The notes: generated by a model not told the origin, from the sequence alone. A stretch of 64,000 bases of DNA from Amphiscolops sp. MND2022 (GCA_964187785.1 OZ076409.1:38194001-38258000), one strand, 5' to 3'. Shown: positions 36,774 through 50,481, numbered from the stretch's first letter. Made by a program: numbers and translations.

Positions 36774-39700
36774 GGACTGATTGTTTTCTGGTTTTCTGTT
36801 TTCATTTCTCCTTCTTCCATTTCCTAATTTATTCTTCGAAGACTGGGTTGACTCTGCTGCAATACTCACAGCTCAAGTGGGGCTGTGACAACAGCTGTTT
36901 GTAGTTTGGTTCCAAAAAAAGTCACGCAATCTTTTTATTTAACACTCACGCAATTGTGCTCATCTACCCTATTGATTGCGAAAAACGGTAGAGATTACCT
37001 GCCAAAGTTGATAGCTGAAGATTATACATAAAAGACAGACAAATAGATCACACACAAACGTTCTTTGAGTACGGTCGCGCGTGTTCTTAGCAAACTTTTT
37101 ATCATTGTTACGTAATCATTCAAAGTTTTTTATGAACTTTCAACCGCTGTATCGTTTGCCAACTTTTCGAACCGTCATTTTTACCAATATTATTCGACAT
37201 TTCTTTATTAACCAAGCAAAATGCCAACTAAGCAACAACAAGAAGACAGAATCGAGGAACTAGAGAAGCAAATTGACGAACTGAAAGAAGAATTACGGCA
37301 ACTTAAAACAAGTGAGATCGTTTCAAATGAAGGTTCTCCTTCACGATTCTTCCCAAAAGCTATTCCTAACTGGCGAAAAAATTTAGTTATTGGTACCTCA
37401 AGGGGAAGCATCTTAAGAGTAACTGGGTTGGGGCTACAGTCCACAGTTATAGGGGAGCGAACATTGATGATTTAGCAGATGTAATCTCCAGTTACCAAAA
37501 AAATGAATTTATCCCAGGTTATTATTATTGAAAGTTTAATGATCATCATCAACCAAATGTTCAAATGAAGTGGGACCAATTGATTCGAGCAGCAAAGGAG
37601 AGGTTTTCCCCGTCAACACTTATTGTCCCGCAGACAATTTCGACAACTGATGATGAGATAGCGCGTTCCATCAAAACAATCAATGAAAAATTGTGTAATG
37701 CTATCTCAGAAAATGATTGTGATGTCTTCTCCCGGATATTAATGCTATTTTGGTACGCAATGGAAAATTTTTCGGAAATATATTCACAGCCGATGGCATT
37801 CATTTATCATATCATGGCAACCGGCTGCTCACAGCCCTTCTTCAAATATACTTCCACTATGAAATTCATCAACAAAGAAACGTTGCAACTTATCAATACC
37901 CAGCCAATCGACAAAGAAACGTTGCAACTAATCAATACCCATCCAATCGACAATACAATAGAACTTATGACCCCTATACCTATTATTCAATGAACCGTAA
38001 TAATAATTTTTGGTATTAGGACGGTGAGGATCAAATGGCAAACGAAACGAATAGTTTTCAGTTGAAATGATTGGGACAGGATCTTATCTTATGATCCTCG
38101 CCTTTTTATTTTTCTTAGCGTGTCCAATGAAACCAAGATATCACATCCCATTGCTGTTTACTTTTATGTATCGCTGAACACTCCAACAAAATATTCAAAA
38201 ACTTATGGATTGAAATACAAACTGACAACAAAACGAAGAAAAAACTTAAAGAAAATTACAACAGTTATAGAGATAATCAACGCCCACTACTATCAGGGGA
38301 TGTTGAAATAAATCCTGGTCCAAGTATTAATTTCACGTTTTTTACTGAGCAATTCGCTAGAAACATGAAACAACTCAAGTTCTTCCATGTAACCTGTCAA
38401 AGCATGCTGCACAAAAAAGCACAGATTGAATCCATTATTAACGATCTTGGAGAAAACTGTATTTATGGCCTCACCGAAAGGTGGCTAAAAAGTTTTGACA
38501 ATAAAACGTTTTGGGAATTGAAAAAAGATCATTTCAAAACATTCCGAGCTGATCCAAAACTTGCCAAAAAAATGAGAGGCGGTGGAGCAATGATAATTGT
38601 ACCAAAAAATTCAAAATTAAGAAAAGACTTAGTTCATACTAATGAGCATGATTTTGAGAGTTTATGGATTGAGTGTAATATCAACAATGATGTATCCAAT
38701 AAGAAGAAACAACTGATAAATGTGAGTTATATACCCAACGAAGCTTTTCTCAATAGTTTTCTAGAAGAATAATCAAAAAGCATAGATTATGCGGTAACTG
38801 AAAATAAACCCATAAAATTAATGGGAGACTACAACTCGGATTATCTCAATAAAAAAGAAAAAACAAAGTTTAGACACAATTATGATACCTAATGGGTTGA
38901 AAATCACAAATGAAAATATACCTACAGGAATATCAGGCAATTGCAAATCTCTTCTCGACTATATCATTACAGATCTACCGAAATATAAACGAACCTGTAT
39001 ATCTGATACACCTCCCCGAACAATCAAGGGGAAAATGAGCGATCATTATGCGACATCAATCATTACGGAAAATAAAATGCATAAACCTCCAAAAGTTACA
39101 CTCAAAGAAATTTTCGATTAAACAGACTACAGAGTCGAAGAACAAAAAAAACTGATCAGTAAAAGCAACTGGTGTTTGTTTTACAATCAAACCTGTGCGG
39201 AAGGGATGTATACAGTTTTCACAAATATTATAGAAAAAGCATTGCGGCGATGTGCACCAAAGAAAACAGTTTTTATTAGAAATGATAAAAACAAGCTAAC
39301 AATAGAACAAAAATGGATAAAAGAGAAAACAAAAAACTTTTACCAGAAAGTTAACTCTAATATGGAACCATAGTCGTTATATTACCAGCAAATTAAAAAT
39401 AACCTAATAGAAAATAATAACTCTTGTCGTTCAGATTTTCAAATTGAATATTTCAATAATCTGAAATCTGAACGTGACAGATGGAATTTTATCAACGAGA
39501 CCAGGAATAGTAAACGAATGAAAACAGAAATATTCAGTCTGAAAAACAGCTTCGGCCAAATAGTCACCGACCAAAAACGAATTGCCAACTTACTGAACTA
39601 CCGGTTCTCAAAATTAGGAGAGTATTTCGGACAGACCAGGCAATATATGAGTACTACCTCGAAAGAAATACAAAACAATGATAGAAAATTCAGCCTTCAG

Positions 39701-41690
39701 CCCATAATCATATTTGAATGCAAAAAACTTTTGAAACGTTTAAATAAGAACAAACCTTTAGGCCCATCTGACATCCCAGCTTGGGCGCTGAAAAATCGTT
39801 TATATTTACTAGCTGAACCGCTTTGCTTCATGATAAATGCCTTTTTTGAAGAAGGTAAATTTCCAGAGCACCTAAAACAAGTCCATGTAATACCGATCTT
39901 TAAAAAGGGTGATAATGAAGAAAGATCCTGATAATTACAGACCAATATCAATCACATCTTCTCTAGCAAAAGTTTTCGAACAAATCCTAAGAGAACAAAT
40001 GAACGAATACCTTGAAAGGAACAAATTACTGGGCCCAATGCAATTTGGGTTCCGAGCAAAATATTCAACAACGGATGCATTACTATTCGCTACGGAAAAT
40101 ATAAGAAAGGATCTAGATGCCAATCGAAGCACAGCAGCCGCTTTCTTAGACATATCTAAAGCATTCAATTCGATGTCTCATGAAATCCTTCTAAAAAATT
40201 GCATCATCACAATTTCGATGAAAAGTCAATCAAAATGATAAAGAGTTTTTTAACTGAAAGGTGTCAAATGGTTAAATTATCCATATGTAACTCTGATTGG
40301 ATTCAACTATACCAAGGTCTTCCACCAGCGACAGTTTTCTCGGACCACTTCTTTTCAACATCTATGTTGACGACATGCAACAATCTGCCATGGAAAATTG
40401 TAACTTAATCCAATGTGCTGATGATACTATGATCTTTAGTTCACATAACAATCTAACGGAAGCTCGTAATAATCTACAACAAACAATAGAAAACCTTGTC
40501 AATTTCTTCGAGAGTCACCAGTTAACAATCAATGCAGACAAAACGGAGTTTATCTGTTTTTGTAAACCATCTAAAATCGATTTTACCAGAAATCATACCT
40601 TGAAGGTTGAAAATCAAATATTCAATTCATCAACATCTGTGAAATACTTAGGCGTTTATCTGGACCAGAATTTGAAATTTCAAGATGAAGTGAAAAACAT
40701 CCTCCGGAAACTGGCTACCGGCATCAAAACACTTTATGCGATACGTGATACTTTTCCAATTGCGACACGTTTATTATTACTCAATGCCTTAGTTCTTAGT
40801 CAACTAAATTATTCTGCTACCGTACTAACTGGCATCACTGAAAACTTGATTACAACTCTCGAAAAACAGTTGACTTGGGGAATCAAAGCCTGTTTCAATA
40901 GATCTAAATTTGACCATTCAACGAATCTCAAAATACGACATAAAATCCTCCCTGTCCGATATTTTTAAATTATAAATGCCTTTCATACCTTTGGAAATAC
41001 AAAAATAACTTGATTCCAGCTTTTAATAACAAGCTACAGTTGCCGACTGCAAAGATAATGATACATAAGAGAACACAAACTGAATACTATGATATGACAA
41101 TAGAATCTGAATTTCTTCGCAACTGTTTCTTTAAAAGAACACTACCCTTGTGGAACACTCTACCGAGAAATGTGATAAAGGAGAAAATCTCATACGAAGC
41201 CATGAAAAAAGAGTCAAATCTTTTCTTTTCAAAAGATACGAAAATGAGATAGACCGACCACAATATGGAATAAAATGTTGGAGTGTTTACCGTTTTACAT
41301 AATTTGTCCCAATAATCACCCCCTTTTACATACCTTCGAATACACTTTTTAACACTTATATTGTATATATAGACTGCCTCTTAAAATGGAATGGCATTTT
41401 TTATACTATTTCAAGTTTGGAAATACAGTGTTTTTTTATACAAAAAGCTAGAGATTCCAGACTGGATGTGAAAAATGGGTAAAATACGTAATATTTTATG
41501 TAATTTATTGGTAAAAATTGCATAAGATATATGATGCCACAAAAGCAACTCTTCAATTTTACACTCGAAAGCACCAAAAAATCCTAACCAAATGTACCAA
41601 CCCATTTAAGATTGTTGTCAACGTTGGGCCTGGCGCACTTCGCAACAACCAATCCTGTCTGAGACACCGTGTTTAAATGTACATGCCAAA
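36774..41690 (+). mobile_element. Decayed CR1/L2-group non-LTR retrotransposon (ORF1 + ORF2)
   Basis: ORF1 remnants 37221-37990 (coiled coil, NLVIGTS esterase-like); ORF2 APE endonuclease (LTERW, MGDYN, LDYI, SDH) and RT (NYRPISITS, QFGFR, FLDISKAF, LGPLLFNIY, CADDT, YLGV); many frameshifts; ends approximate. Confidence 0.9.
38287..38322 (+). other. 2A-like (StopGo) ribosome-skipping motif at the LINE ORF2 N-terminus
   Basis: LLSGDVEINPGP, in frame with the endonuclease ORF starting at 38365. Confidence 0.75.
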
Positions 41691-42003
41691 TGACCCTGCA
41701 AATCACAGCTGAACCGAAAATCACAACGTGAACGCTTTGGGGAGTACCACGTGTCGTATGCTTTTATCTTTAGCCTGCGATGCATTTAAAACTATTGGTT
41801 GAACATAAGTAAATTGAACCCTGTGATTTAAAGAAATTGACGAATTATTGAATTTTAAACTATTTTGAAACAACCAATGTATAAAAATATTTTGATGATT
41901 GTTTTCATCGAGTTCTTCAGTTTATGTTGATTGTTCAAAAAAACTTCAAAACCTTCCTTAGTCACCCGATGATCATATTTTTTGCCATGCTACTCATAAT
42001 TTG

Positions 42004-43056
42004 ACACAGAGGCGAAGCCGCGCTTCGCTAACACTTGCGAAGAAAGTTGCGAACTTTTGAAAAAAAAACCAAATAAGCAATATCTTACGGAGAACCAAGG
42101 GTAAAAGGACATTGTTAAAATTTCATCAATTTTACAGCGCCAAAAAATACCCGAAGGATACGCATAAATCTCTAAAACCATTCTTCCCCAACTGGAAACA
42201 GCAAAAACCCATCTTTCTCAACCGAAAACGTTTTTTTTTTTAAAAAAAAACAGAATATAAAGGGGAAAAATTTCGAAAGTTTCCTAAACATTTTCTAATG
42301 AAGGTGTCCGATAAATCGCATAGTGCCGAAAACCTTGAGCAGTCTTTTATGCTCGCAAAACTTTTCGTTTCTAGTAAAAACTGAGGGAGGCTTCGATGAA
42401 AACAAATTAGAAAAAAAAGTCGCATAGAAAAAACTCCGGACGTTGAAAAAAAACAAAAATCGGACATAGCGTGCTGTGCTGGGCCTGAGAAAAAATAATT
42501 TTAGGACAAAAATTATTCATTTTGAAAAATTCCACAAGGCCGAAAACTGTAAAAGGGAGGATTTTGAGATTTTTTAACATCCATTCTGTTGCAAAATTTC
42601 AAAAAAAATGAAGGGGATCCCTTTGGAGACTTTGAAAAATTTTCGAAGAAAAAACAAAAAATGAGAATTTTTAACAGTCTCATAGAGCCGAAAAATTTGA
42701 AACAAGGGACCCTTTGGGGGGGGGTTAACATTCGTTCTGTTGCAAAATATCAAAAACAAATTGAAGGGAGGACCTTTGGGGACATTAAAAAATTTTCGAA
42801 AAAAGTCTCAAGGCGGAAAAAATGGGGGAATCTCATAGCGCCGAAAAAGTGAGAACCTTCTGCTTCGGAATACTTGTATAAAAATTAGCACATACGCATG
42901 GGTTCGAACAAGAACCCTCTGGGTTGAAAAGCAAGTATCTTACCACTAGACCACGAACGCCTGAACTATGCGACTTGCGGGCTGAAACGAGAGAGTTGTC
43001 GCGCGGAAAAAAAAGCACCCGCACTTTCCTATAACACTTGCTTATCGCAAGTGTAA
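42004..43056 (-). mobile_element. Complete HINE family 2 copy carrying a tRNA-Glu-like segment
   Basis: 5' TTACACTTGCG-ATAA-GCAAGTGT stem-loop; 3' CGCAAGTGT sub-TIR + GCGAAGC-GCG-GCTTCGC hairpin; internal modules shared with family 1 and with 63818-64000. Confidence 0.7.
42890..42960 (-). pseudogene. tRNA-Glu(TTC)-like pseudogene inside HINE
   Basis: 71 nt with A-box TGGTCTAGTGG, D-stem GTCT/AGAT, TT-TTC-AA loop, B-box GTTCGAACC; mismatched anticodon and T stems. Confidence 0.6.
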
Positions 43057-43786
43057 TCATACTGTGGCGATCATACTGTAGCATGGTCGTACTGGTACAA
43101 TGATTCAACATTTTCTATTATGGCGGTCAATTTGGGTCAGTAACCCAAGCTGCCAACTATTTAAGTTGTTGCCCCCTAATGCTCGGACTGAGCAAAATCT
43201 CTTGCATATGATCAAAGGCTATCTCACTGCTAGAAAATTCGCAAGACGATGCCAAAAACTATACGGCCCATTTTCAAAATACCAAATTTAGTCCAAATTC
43301 TCATCAGAATCAGATCGAGAACCTAAACAAAAAACATTGGTTCTCATTTATCCAACGGATGGTTTATTATACTTTTGGTCAATTAACAGGTTCGGGTATT
43401 CAAACTTAGGGGAAAAAACGAACATGCATGAGGACTTGAAAATTAAAAAGTGTCTCCGAAGGTTTACTCGGTATTCCGTACATCGATAGAAACTGCCGCA
43501 GATCCGAAATTGTCTTCGCCAGTGGTCAGTGGTATGTGGGGTAGCATGTTAGGTTCTTTTTCCTTCCTTCTCCCTAACACGTGTCGCGGTTTGTGGAAAT
43601 ATTGAAAAATATTGACAAACTAGTAGGCGATTGCAAGAATGTATCTATGTGACGTCATCAAAAGAAAGCAAAACGATAGGGTTAGCTTTAGAAAATCACT
43701 GGAAGATATTTAATTTAAAAATCAGTTTTTTAAACGATTGGGAGGGTTGTAAAAGAGTTGAATCTCAGTCGGGGTCGATCCCGTTT

Positions 43787-45352
43787 TCAATGATTGATCC
43801 ACCGTGCCTTGAAAGTTTCTTTGAAACATCTCCCCCTGAGGTAGAAGAAAAAGTTGAAGGCGTGATTGCTCGCAATCAACACACCTGCAAAGTTTTCCAG
43901 GAACATTTTCCACCCTGCTGGCGACTCAGAATTGAAGATGCTTTCCTTCAGCATGAACAGAACCATTGACGTGAAATTGGTGCACAAGAAGAAGAGGCTG
44001 ACGTAATACAAGGTCCGAATAGCTCTGATGTTCTCCCGGCTGAAAACTGGCGCACTTTTTTTCTTCTTTTTCTTCTCTTTTTTGCCAGTGTTGGTCTCAT
44101 TTTTGCCAAAACCGGTATCCAAAACACCAGGATTGGAGTTGGAAATCTTTATTGTTTCAGAACTTGCTAGTTTCCTTTTCAAACCCTTGACGTCATATCG
44201 TGATGATGTCCGTGCAGTATTGCTTTGGCTGCTAGTGGCTCGGTCACGTAACTTGGGAAGCGCAACGTCAATTGTGACGTCACCATCGCCTTCGATATTG
44301 CTCGATGTTTGCTCTCTGCCAGTTTGGCCAACCTCAGTTTCCTGGAAACCTTTGTTGATAACTCCAGACTTCTTGACATTTAAGTTACCAGTCTCTGGAA
44401 TTTTGCTGTCAACTTCTTTCATTTCAATGCAAACTTCTCCCCGTTTAGGCGCTCCCGCAAAGTTAGTTGGGATAGCGTTGTTGGGTCCACAATAGATGAA
44501 GTCAGTTTGGTGTGACTCCTCTGGTTCCTCTGTTTCATCCACATTCCGGGTTTCATTCAAATTGGATTCTTTTTTGGCTTCCTTGCCACCAGAATTTTTG
44601 TCTGCAACTGACTCTGCGTTTCTCTGGGTTCCCTCTTTTTGTTCTGGTTTGGTGCCAACGTTCGGGGTACGTCTTTTGCGCAGTTTTTGAATAAAAACTA
44701 AACTAGCAACTGCAATTGCAACTGTATGTCCAATCAACCTGACCATTATTGACACAAAGACTTGATAAACTCTCATTATAGCAGTGTGACTTGATCGCAT
44801 TTCACAAACCGAGTCTTCAAGCTCGAAGAAAACCAGGTTTGGAATTACCAGAGCGAAATGAATCACAGTCAACCATATCGAGATCTTTGGGATTATCTTT
44901 TTCCAGGATTTTGGGAAATGCCAATCAGGGAAGGAAATGTTGAGTGCCCGGTCTATAGCCATTCCCACCATATGGGCGTTTGTGTTAATGGAGACAGCCC
45001 ACCAGACGTAGGGAATAATCTTACAAACTGGGCTTCCCAGAGTTCGTAACTCTTGTTTGAAAATTAGACTGGCAACTATTTGAGGCATCATCAAAACCAG
45101 AGACAGGGTATCCCAAGTTGCAACGTGGCCCATCCAGAAAGATCCAGAGTTCTGATGTGGGTTCCTTTTGGAAACATCCAGCACGAAGTAATTGAAAACA
45201 AGTCCAGATAATGCAATCAGAAGCTCGAAGATTATCAAAACCTGGGCAGGAACCAAAAGGAACCTTTCTGACCTCTTAAACCATCCGGATTCCAAGTTTT
45301 CTTCTTCAACATTCAGAGTTGAAGAAATGTTTTCCCATTCCACCGAAGCCAT
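43787..45352 (-). CDS. Intronless rhodopsin-like (class A) GPCR, peptide-receptor-like, long third intracellular loop
   Basis: 521-aa ORF with seven hydrophobic segments; TM1 N, TM2 D, TM3 C and MAIDRA, TM4 W, ECL2 C, TM7 NHAFNFFFY; N-terminal NIS glycosylation site. Confidence 0.9.
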   Translation of the reverse strand: MASVEWENISSTLNVEEENLESGWFKRSERFLLVPAQVLIIFELLIALSGLVFNYFVLDVSKRNPHQNSGSFWMGHVATWDTLSLVLMMPQIVASLIFKQELRTLGSPVCKIIPYVWWAVSINTNAHMVGMAIDRALNISFPDWHFPKSWKKIIPKISIWLTVIHFALVIPNLVFFELEDSVCEMRSSHTAIMRVYQVFVSIMVRLIGHTVAIAVASLVFIQKLRKRRTPNVGTKPEQKEGTQRNAESVADKNSGGKEAKKESNLNETRNVDETEEPEESHQTDFIYCGPNNAIPTNFAGAPKRGEVCIEMKEVDSKIPETGNLNVKKSGVINKGFQETEVGQTGREQTSSNIEGDGDVTIDVALPKLRDRATSSQSNTARTSSRYDVKGLKRKLASSETIKISNSNPGVLDTGFGKNETNTGKKEKKKKKKSAPVFSRENIRAIRTLYYVSLFFLCTNFTSMVLFMLKESIFNSESPAGWKMFLENFAGVLIASNHAFNFFFYLRGRCFKETFKARWINH

Positions 45353-48270
45353 TTTTTGATCGAAACTGTCTAAAATGTCTCAACAATTTTTAACAATTGA
45401 TTTAAAAGCAAGTTTTCGTTTGGAATAGTTTACTATGTGGATATGAGCAGCCAATTTTTAGTGAGGTAATGCGGAAAATGGAAAAAAAGAGTAGGAGTGA
45501 TTGATTATTACTGGCTCTCCCAGAAATGATTTGTGACGTAAATCTTCAACTGAAGCACAAAGCATCTCAATTGTACCCGGGGTCAGTATCATTTGTTGTT
45601 ACAACATAGATTTAAAATCTTTTTTTTTATTTTTGTTTTCAAAATTCCGACTCTTTATTCAAAATGAATCAGAAAACTGCCGAGTAATAAAGAACAATAA
45701 AGACGGTAGATTCGAAAATTGGTCTAACATCCTGTTTTTTAAAACATCGGAAAAAATGAACAATTACCTACCTAATTGCGGTTTCCTATGGTTATCGAAA
45801 TTTCAACGTTCTTCTAATACCTTTTGATTAATGCTATTGTTTTTTGAACAGAACAACTGTTATGGAATTTTCCAAAACAATTGTAACTGTATTATACTCA
45901 GCTGAAGGTGATCATGCGTCGCAGTCGCCATTTGTGAATATAGTGAAGATGAAAAGACCGGTTTTTTCAGACAAAACTCAGGAATCTTCTCAAAACCTCT
46001 TTGGGCAATTTTGTCGAGGTGCTTTCTCTGCTGAACAATTCAGAATCATCTCTTTCAGATTTTTGCATCAAACTGCTCGATCTTTTTGAGATGTTTTTCT
46101 TGCTTTAAGCTCCCCTTTGGGAGTGTTGTGTTTCCGTGATATTTCAATAGAGCTTCCTCATCAATCCAGCTAAATTTTCACCAATTGATGTACAGTAGGG
46201 CTCAAATGAAACACGTCACATTGAATGCACGATAAATCAAACAAGAATTGGTAAACCTTCTTTCTTGAGTGTTTGGCAGACGTTTGCGACAATTTGCGAC
46301 TATCTTAGTAGCCCTTCGTCGTTTTTTCTTTTTTCTCAAAACTGTCGAAGTGACCATGTCGTACCGAATGCCAAAATTGATGCCGACTGTCAACATCATT
46401 TTGTAGAATTTTTAATCTTTTGGTGTATACGCAAAGCGCATGACATTGAGCGAAGTCCAGACGATAGACAGAACTATGTTTATCACGTTTCTAGAACGCC
46501 GGAATAGAGAAAGCAGACGGAAAGCCTGACTTTAGCATGTTTTGTTTTCTCATTTAGCAAGCACTCCATGTTTACTTATTAGACGATACTTTTCACGAAT
46601 TAATTACTCAAATTAGAAGTGACGCTGGCGACAAAATTGTTCGAATCGCCAACGACAAAATTGATCGACCCGAGCGAATTTACTAAGTTTATCTTTTGAT
46701 CTAAAAGAGAGATCCGAGGGAAAAAACCACCCCTCACGGCGAACTACAGAGCGGATCCCGTTGAAATTTGATGCATGTATACCAGAGCTGCAATGCTACT
46801 CGTTTATGAAAACGGAACCGAGCCAGGACCCCCCAGTCCGGGCTATTAGCACAAGAAGTGACGTAGGTCGACGCCCTACGGATTCGTCGGCGAAGCACGG
46901 AATAAGTCACAAAACATATGGAAATGATAGCCCATAGGATATTAAGCCATCCGCGCATATATTTTCGGAGCCCTACGACACGTGTAGGAGGATCACCCTA
47001 TGTAAACAAACACCGAATGTTATGCAAATCGTCACCGGTCGACTCGAGGGTCATGAAACTTACGTAAGATGTTCACATGCCAACCATAAGTAAATACATT
47101 GAAAGAAACATTATTCGGCAAAGAGTAATGTTCGTTTAAGGCACGCGGGACCGGATGTGCGGGCCCCACCGATAAAAGACAGTTGACCTTGGCTTGTAAA
47201 ACCTCAAACAACCCGCAAAAACGAGTGTTGTCGAATGTTAATGTGAATGAAACTCTATTTCTAACCACCAAAAGTGAACAAACCGTACGCATAACATGTA
47301 ACTCGAGAATCGTTGACACTAAAACCATATATATTGAAATATGGCAACTTTGGATGAGCACAAATAACTTCAAGGTCACAGGCGAACCTCAATGTCAAAA
47401 TCAAGGCCACCGATTATATGGAAAACGTATCTTAAAACATGTAAATCAGAGTTTTTGCGCGATAATTTATGCAATTCAGTCAGACGAGAGGATTCGCGAC
47501 GCACCGCGCCTAGAAATTTAGTCAAGTACCATTTACCCGTAGGAAACATGTAATCCATATAATTGAGGATCATTGAGCGACTCTCTCGACATTAGAAATG
47601 TCTTGGGCAACTTGAAATTCATAGAATTTGGACAAGATGATGAAATATTTGTCGTTGCCGGCAAAGAATGTTCAGGCGAAGTAAAACTAGTGGTTTTCGC
47701 CATGCCATAAAAGGAAAACGTAAACATGAAAGTAAAAGCATGCAAACTTCAGATACCGACGCCTTATGATGAAAATACCAAGTGTGAAGATTTTCGCGCG
47801 GTGAACAAACACAATTGAGGCTGAATTGAAAAAAATGAATGGACACAACCAAGTTAGAATGCTAGAGGCCTGTTGGGTAGGCAAGATTGTGTTGTCACTA
47901 GCTCAGATTACATTTGCTGACAAGTCCGGGACTTGTGATTTGGTTGAAGTTGGAGCTCCAACAACATTCCATTGTGCGCAACGTACCTGGCTGAGTCACG
48001 GATTTCATTGTGGGCGAATTCTTTTTGTTGTGTATTGTAGATAGCAATTTTAGATAACGTGGATATTTGACTGAATTTTATAGTTATTATCTTCATATTC
48101 AATTAAAATTCGGATTGCAATCGGGTTTCTCGTGAATTGACTGTCGTGAGCCGAAAAGCAACAACTGGAGAGAGAAATTGACTGTAACTACAAAAGAATT
48201 GTCTAACCTTTGTTTACCTTCTGTTAACCTTCCAATTGGAGGCAAAACTCTCTCTTAGCCCCCGAATTGC

Positions 48271-48726
48271 TTTATTATTTTCCGCCCATATTTCATATGG
48301 GAAAGGAAAATATTTAAATCAAACGGGTTTTTTTTTTTTACAAAATTTGCCAAGATTTTATTTATATTTAAATTTAAGTGTGTTACCCATAGAATTCAAC
48401 CCACATAAATTTAGCTTCGTGCGATATGTATTTGTAGAGATTTTTGAAGTTTTTTTTAAAAAATGACGAAAATGACCCCTTAATGACAAAATGACCCCTT
48501 AATGACAAAAATTCCCAAATTTCTCATTTTTAAACGTTTTTATGCAATTTTTGCCATTTTTTTGAGAGACACCGCGAATTAGAAAAATGGACAAGATGAA
48601 TCGAAGCTTTCTTTTCTTCGAACTTCTCAGCGTTTTTATAGTGCATTAGTTATTCTTGAGCCTCATTTATGTAGTTGTAGAACAGTTCGGGGCGGAAAAT
48701 ATCCCGCTCCTCAGCGGGCGTCTTGT
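48271..48726 (+). mobile_element. Complete HINE family 3 copy
   Basis: 5' TTTTCCGCCC + CCCATAT-TTC-ATATGGG hairpin; internal AAAATGACCCCTTAATGAC tandem; 3' GGGCGGAAAA sub-TIR + CCCGCT-CCTC-AGCGGG hairpin + CTTGT. Confidence 0.75.
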
Positions 48727-48734
48727 CTTACACA

Positions 48735-49113
48735 TTCAAAGGGTCTTCCTATTTGATTTGGGTACTCCATTCTGACTTTTAGAATGCTTATTCGGATTTC
48801 AAGGTAATTGTTGATTCGTTTTTGGTATTTTGCAATTTTTTGACATTGTAAATTTTGAGCTCAAAAGGTTCCTCCCCTCTTCAACTTTTTTTGGAAAATT
48901 TTCCCTTGGGTTTTTTTATGTTACTGCCGAGAAAAAAAAAGTCCTCTTAAGTCCAATTGTTCCCCTTGGTTTTTTGGCACTGTGAGATTTCAGAAAGATT
49001 TAGACTTTCAAGAATATCAGATTTTTCAAAAAACGACTCCCTGGCACTTTGAAGTACTTTTGCACTTTTTGATGCCTAATCCGGGCGTCGACTTATACCG
49101 CTCCCGGCTTATT
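48735..49113 (+). mobile_element. HINE family 1, 3' fragment
   Basis: ggcactgtgaga, cactttgaagtac and terminal ggcgtcgacttataccgctcccggcttatt. Confidence 0.55.
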
Positions 49114-50481
49114 TTTTTTATTAGATATTCAGCCCATTTCCTAGCTGCATAAGGTCTGAAATTAAACTAACTGGCCACACTAGATTGTGTTTCAAATCTA
49201 TATCCATAAATCAAGATACTGCACAGAGCGTACATGTTTTAACAATTAAGCATTCACTTTTATTTAAATATTAACTTTTACTCAATTAGTTTTCATTGTT
49301 AGGGTAGCAACGATGTTGTATTAGTTATCAAGGTGAATTAGATCATCGATTAGATCGTTATCAAGGTTCACCCTCGCACAGCTATCACGTATATTGTAGT
49401 AAGATTGTTGCAAGATCGTATCAATCATGGACCTCGTACTACCGAATACATGTTTTTCAAGACCTCTCGAACAGTAAATAGTGTAGCATGGAAATTATGC
49501 TGCATAATTTTTTCATTTCTCTAATTTTTCCGGTGATTCATGTTTTTACTTTAGTTTGTACCTTGGCAAAGCATTATTTTCTCAAAAATCCTAAAAATAC
49601 CTTAAAAATACCCAAAAATGATGAGTTCATCTGAACATTTGATGCAGATTTTGGCCCTGAAGAGTACGGCATGACAAAAGAAACTCTTCACTTCAAGACG
49701 TAATAGATTCCACTTGTTGCTTCGTTTTCTCTGCGTAAAAAACACTTTTTTAATAGTTTTGCCCTCAACTCATATTGATAATTAGCCTAAACTTAACATG
49801 AAATACACTATGGTATCAAAAAGATACGTACACCAACTTTTTTTAAAAAAAACTCAGAACAGAGTTTTTGAAACAACTGCTGAAACAAATCATAAATCAA
49901 AATCCCGTCAAACTTCCATGGTTTTTGATTACCTTCACCAGGCGATTCCCATACGATAAGTACAAGTTGCGAACAACTTCAGGGTTTATGTTGTTCCATG
50001 CTTCCATAACCTTTTCTTCTAAATTCTCCCAGCTAACAATCTGACCTCGCAAGATTTTTTTTAAATGGCTCAAAGATTTTCAAAAGGATTCAGGTCAGGA
50101 CTGTAAGCTGGCCAATCCAGCACCTCCCGTTGCTTTCGGGCTAGAAAATTGCGAACAACTTCACTTTTGTGTACTGGGGCGTTGTCTTGCTGGAACACCA
50201 ATTCCTGTATGATCAAATGTCGATCGTATTGCTTTAAAGTCTCCAGTTATCCGTAACTGTTAAGTGTTGCTGGACATTTAAGTAGCATTTTCCTGCCATC
50301 TGATCTGATGCCCCCTCAAACATCATAGATCTTCTGCCTGTGCTTAGTTCTTGGGTGTTTTTGGGGCAAAAGCGACGACCAGTTTTCTTGAACACGCGCA
50401 CAACGCCGTCACTATTCAAGCGCACACGAGTTTCGTCTGAAAATACGACGTTTTCCCAGAAGCCTAGTTTCCATCCAACCA

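Noticed and set aside
36467..36904. ORFs containing X runs
   Set aside because: Artefacts of the N gap.
42890..42960. Functional tRNA-Glu gene
   Set aside because: Anticodon and T stems are mismatched and it lies within a repeat element.
44028..44495. 155-aa + strand ORF
   Set aside because: Antisense shadow of the GPCR loop.
46200..48200. Protein-like fragments that might be a MULE or other transposase relic
   Set aside because: No recognisable catalytic motif or termini could be established by eye.
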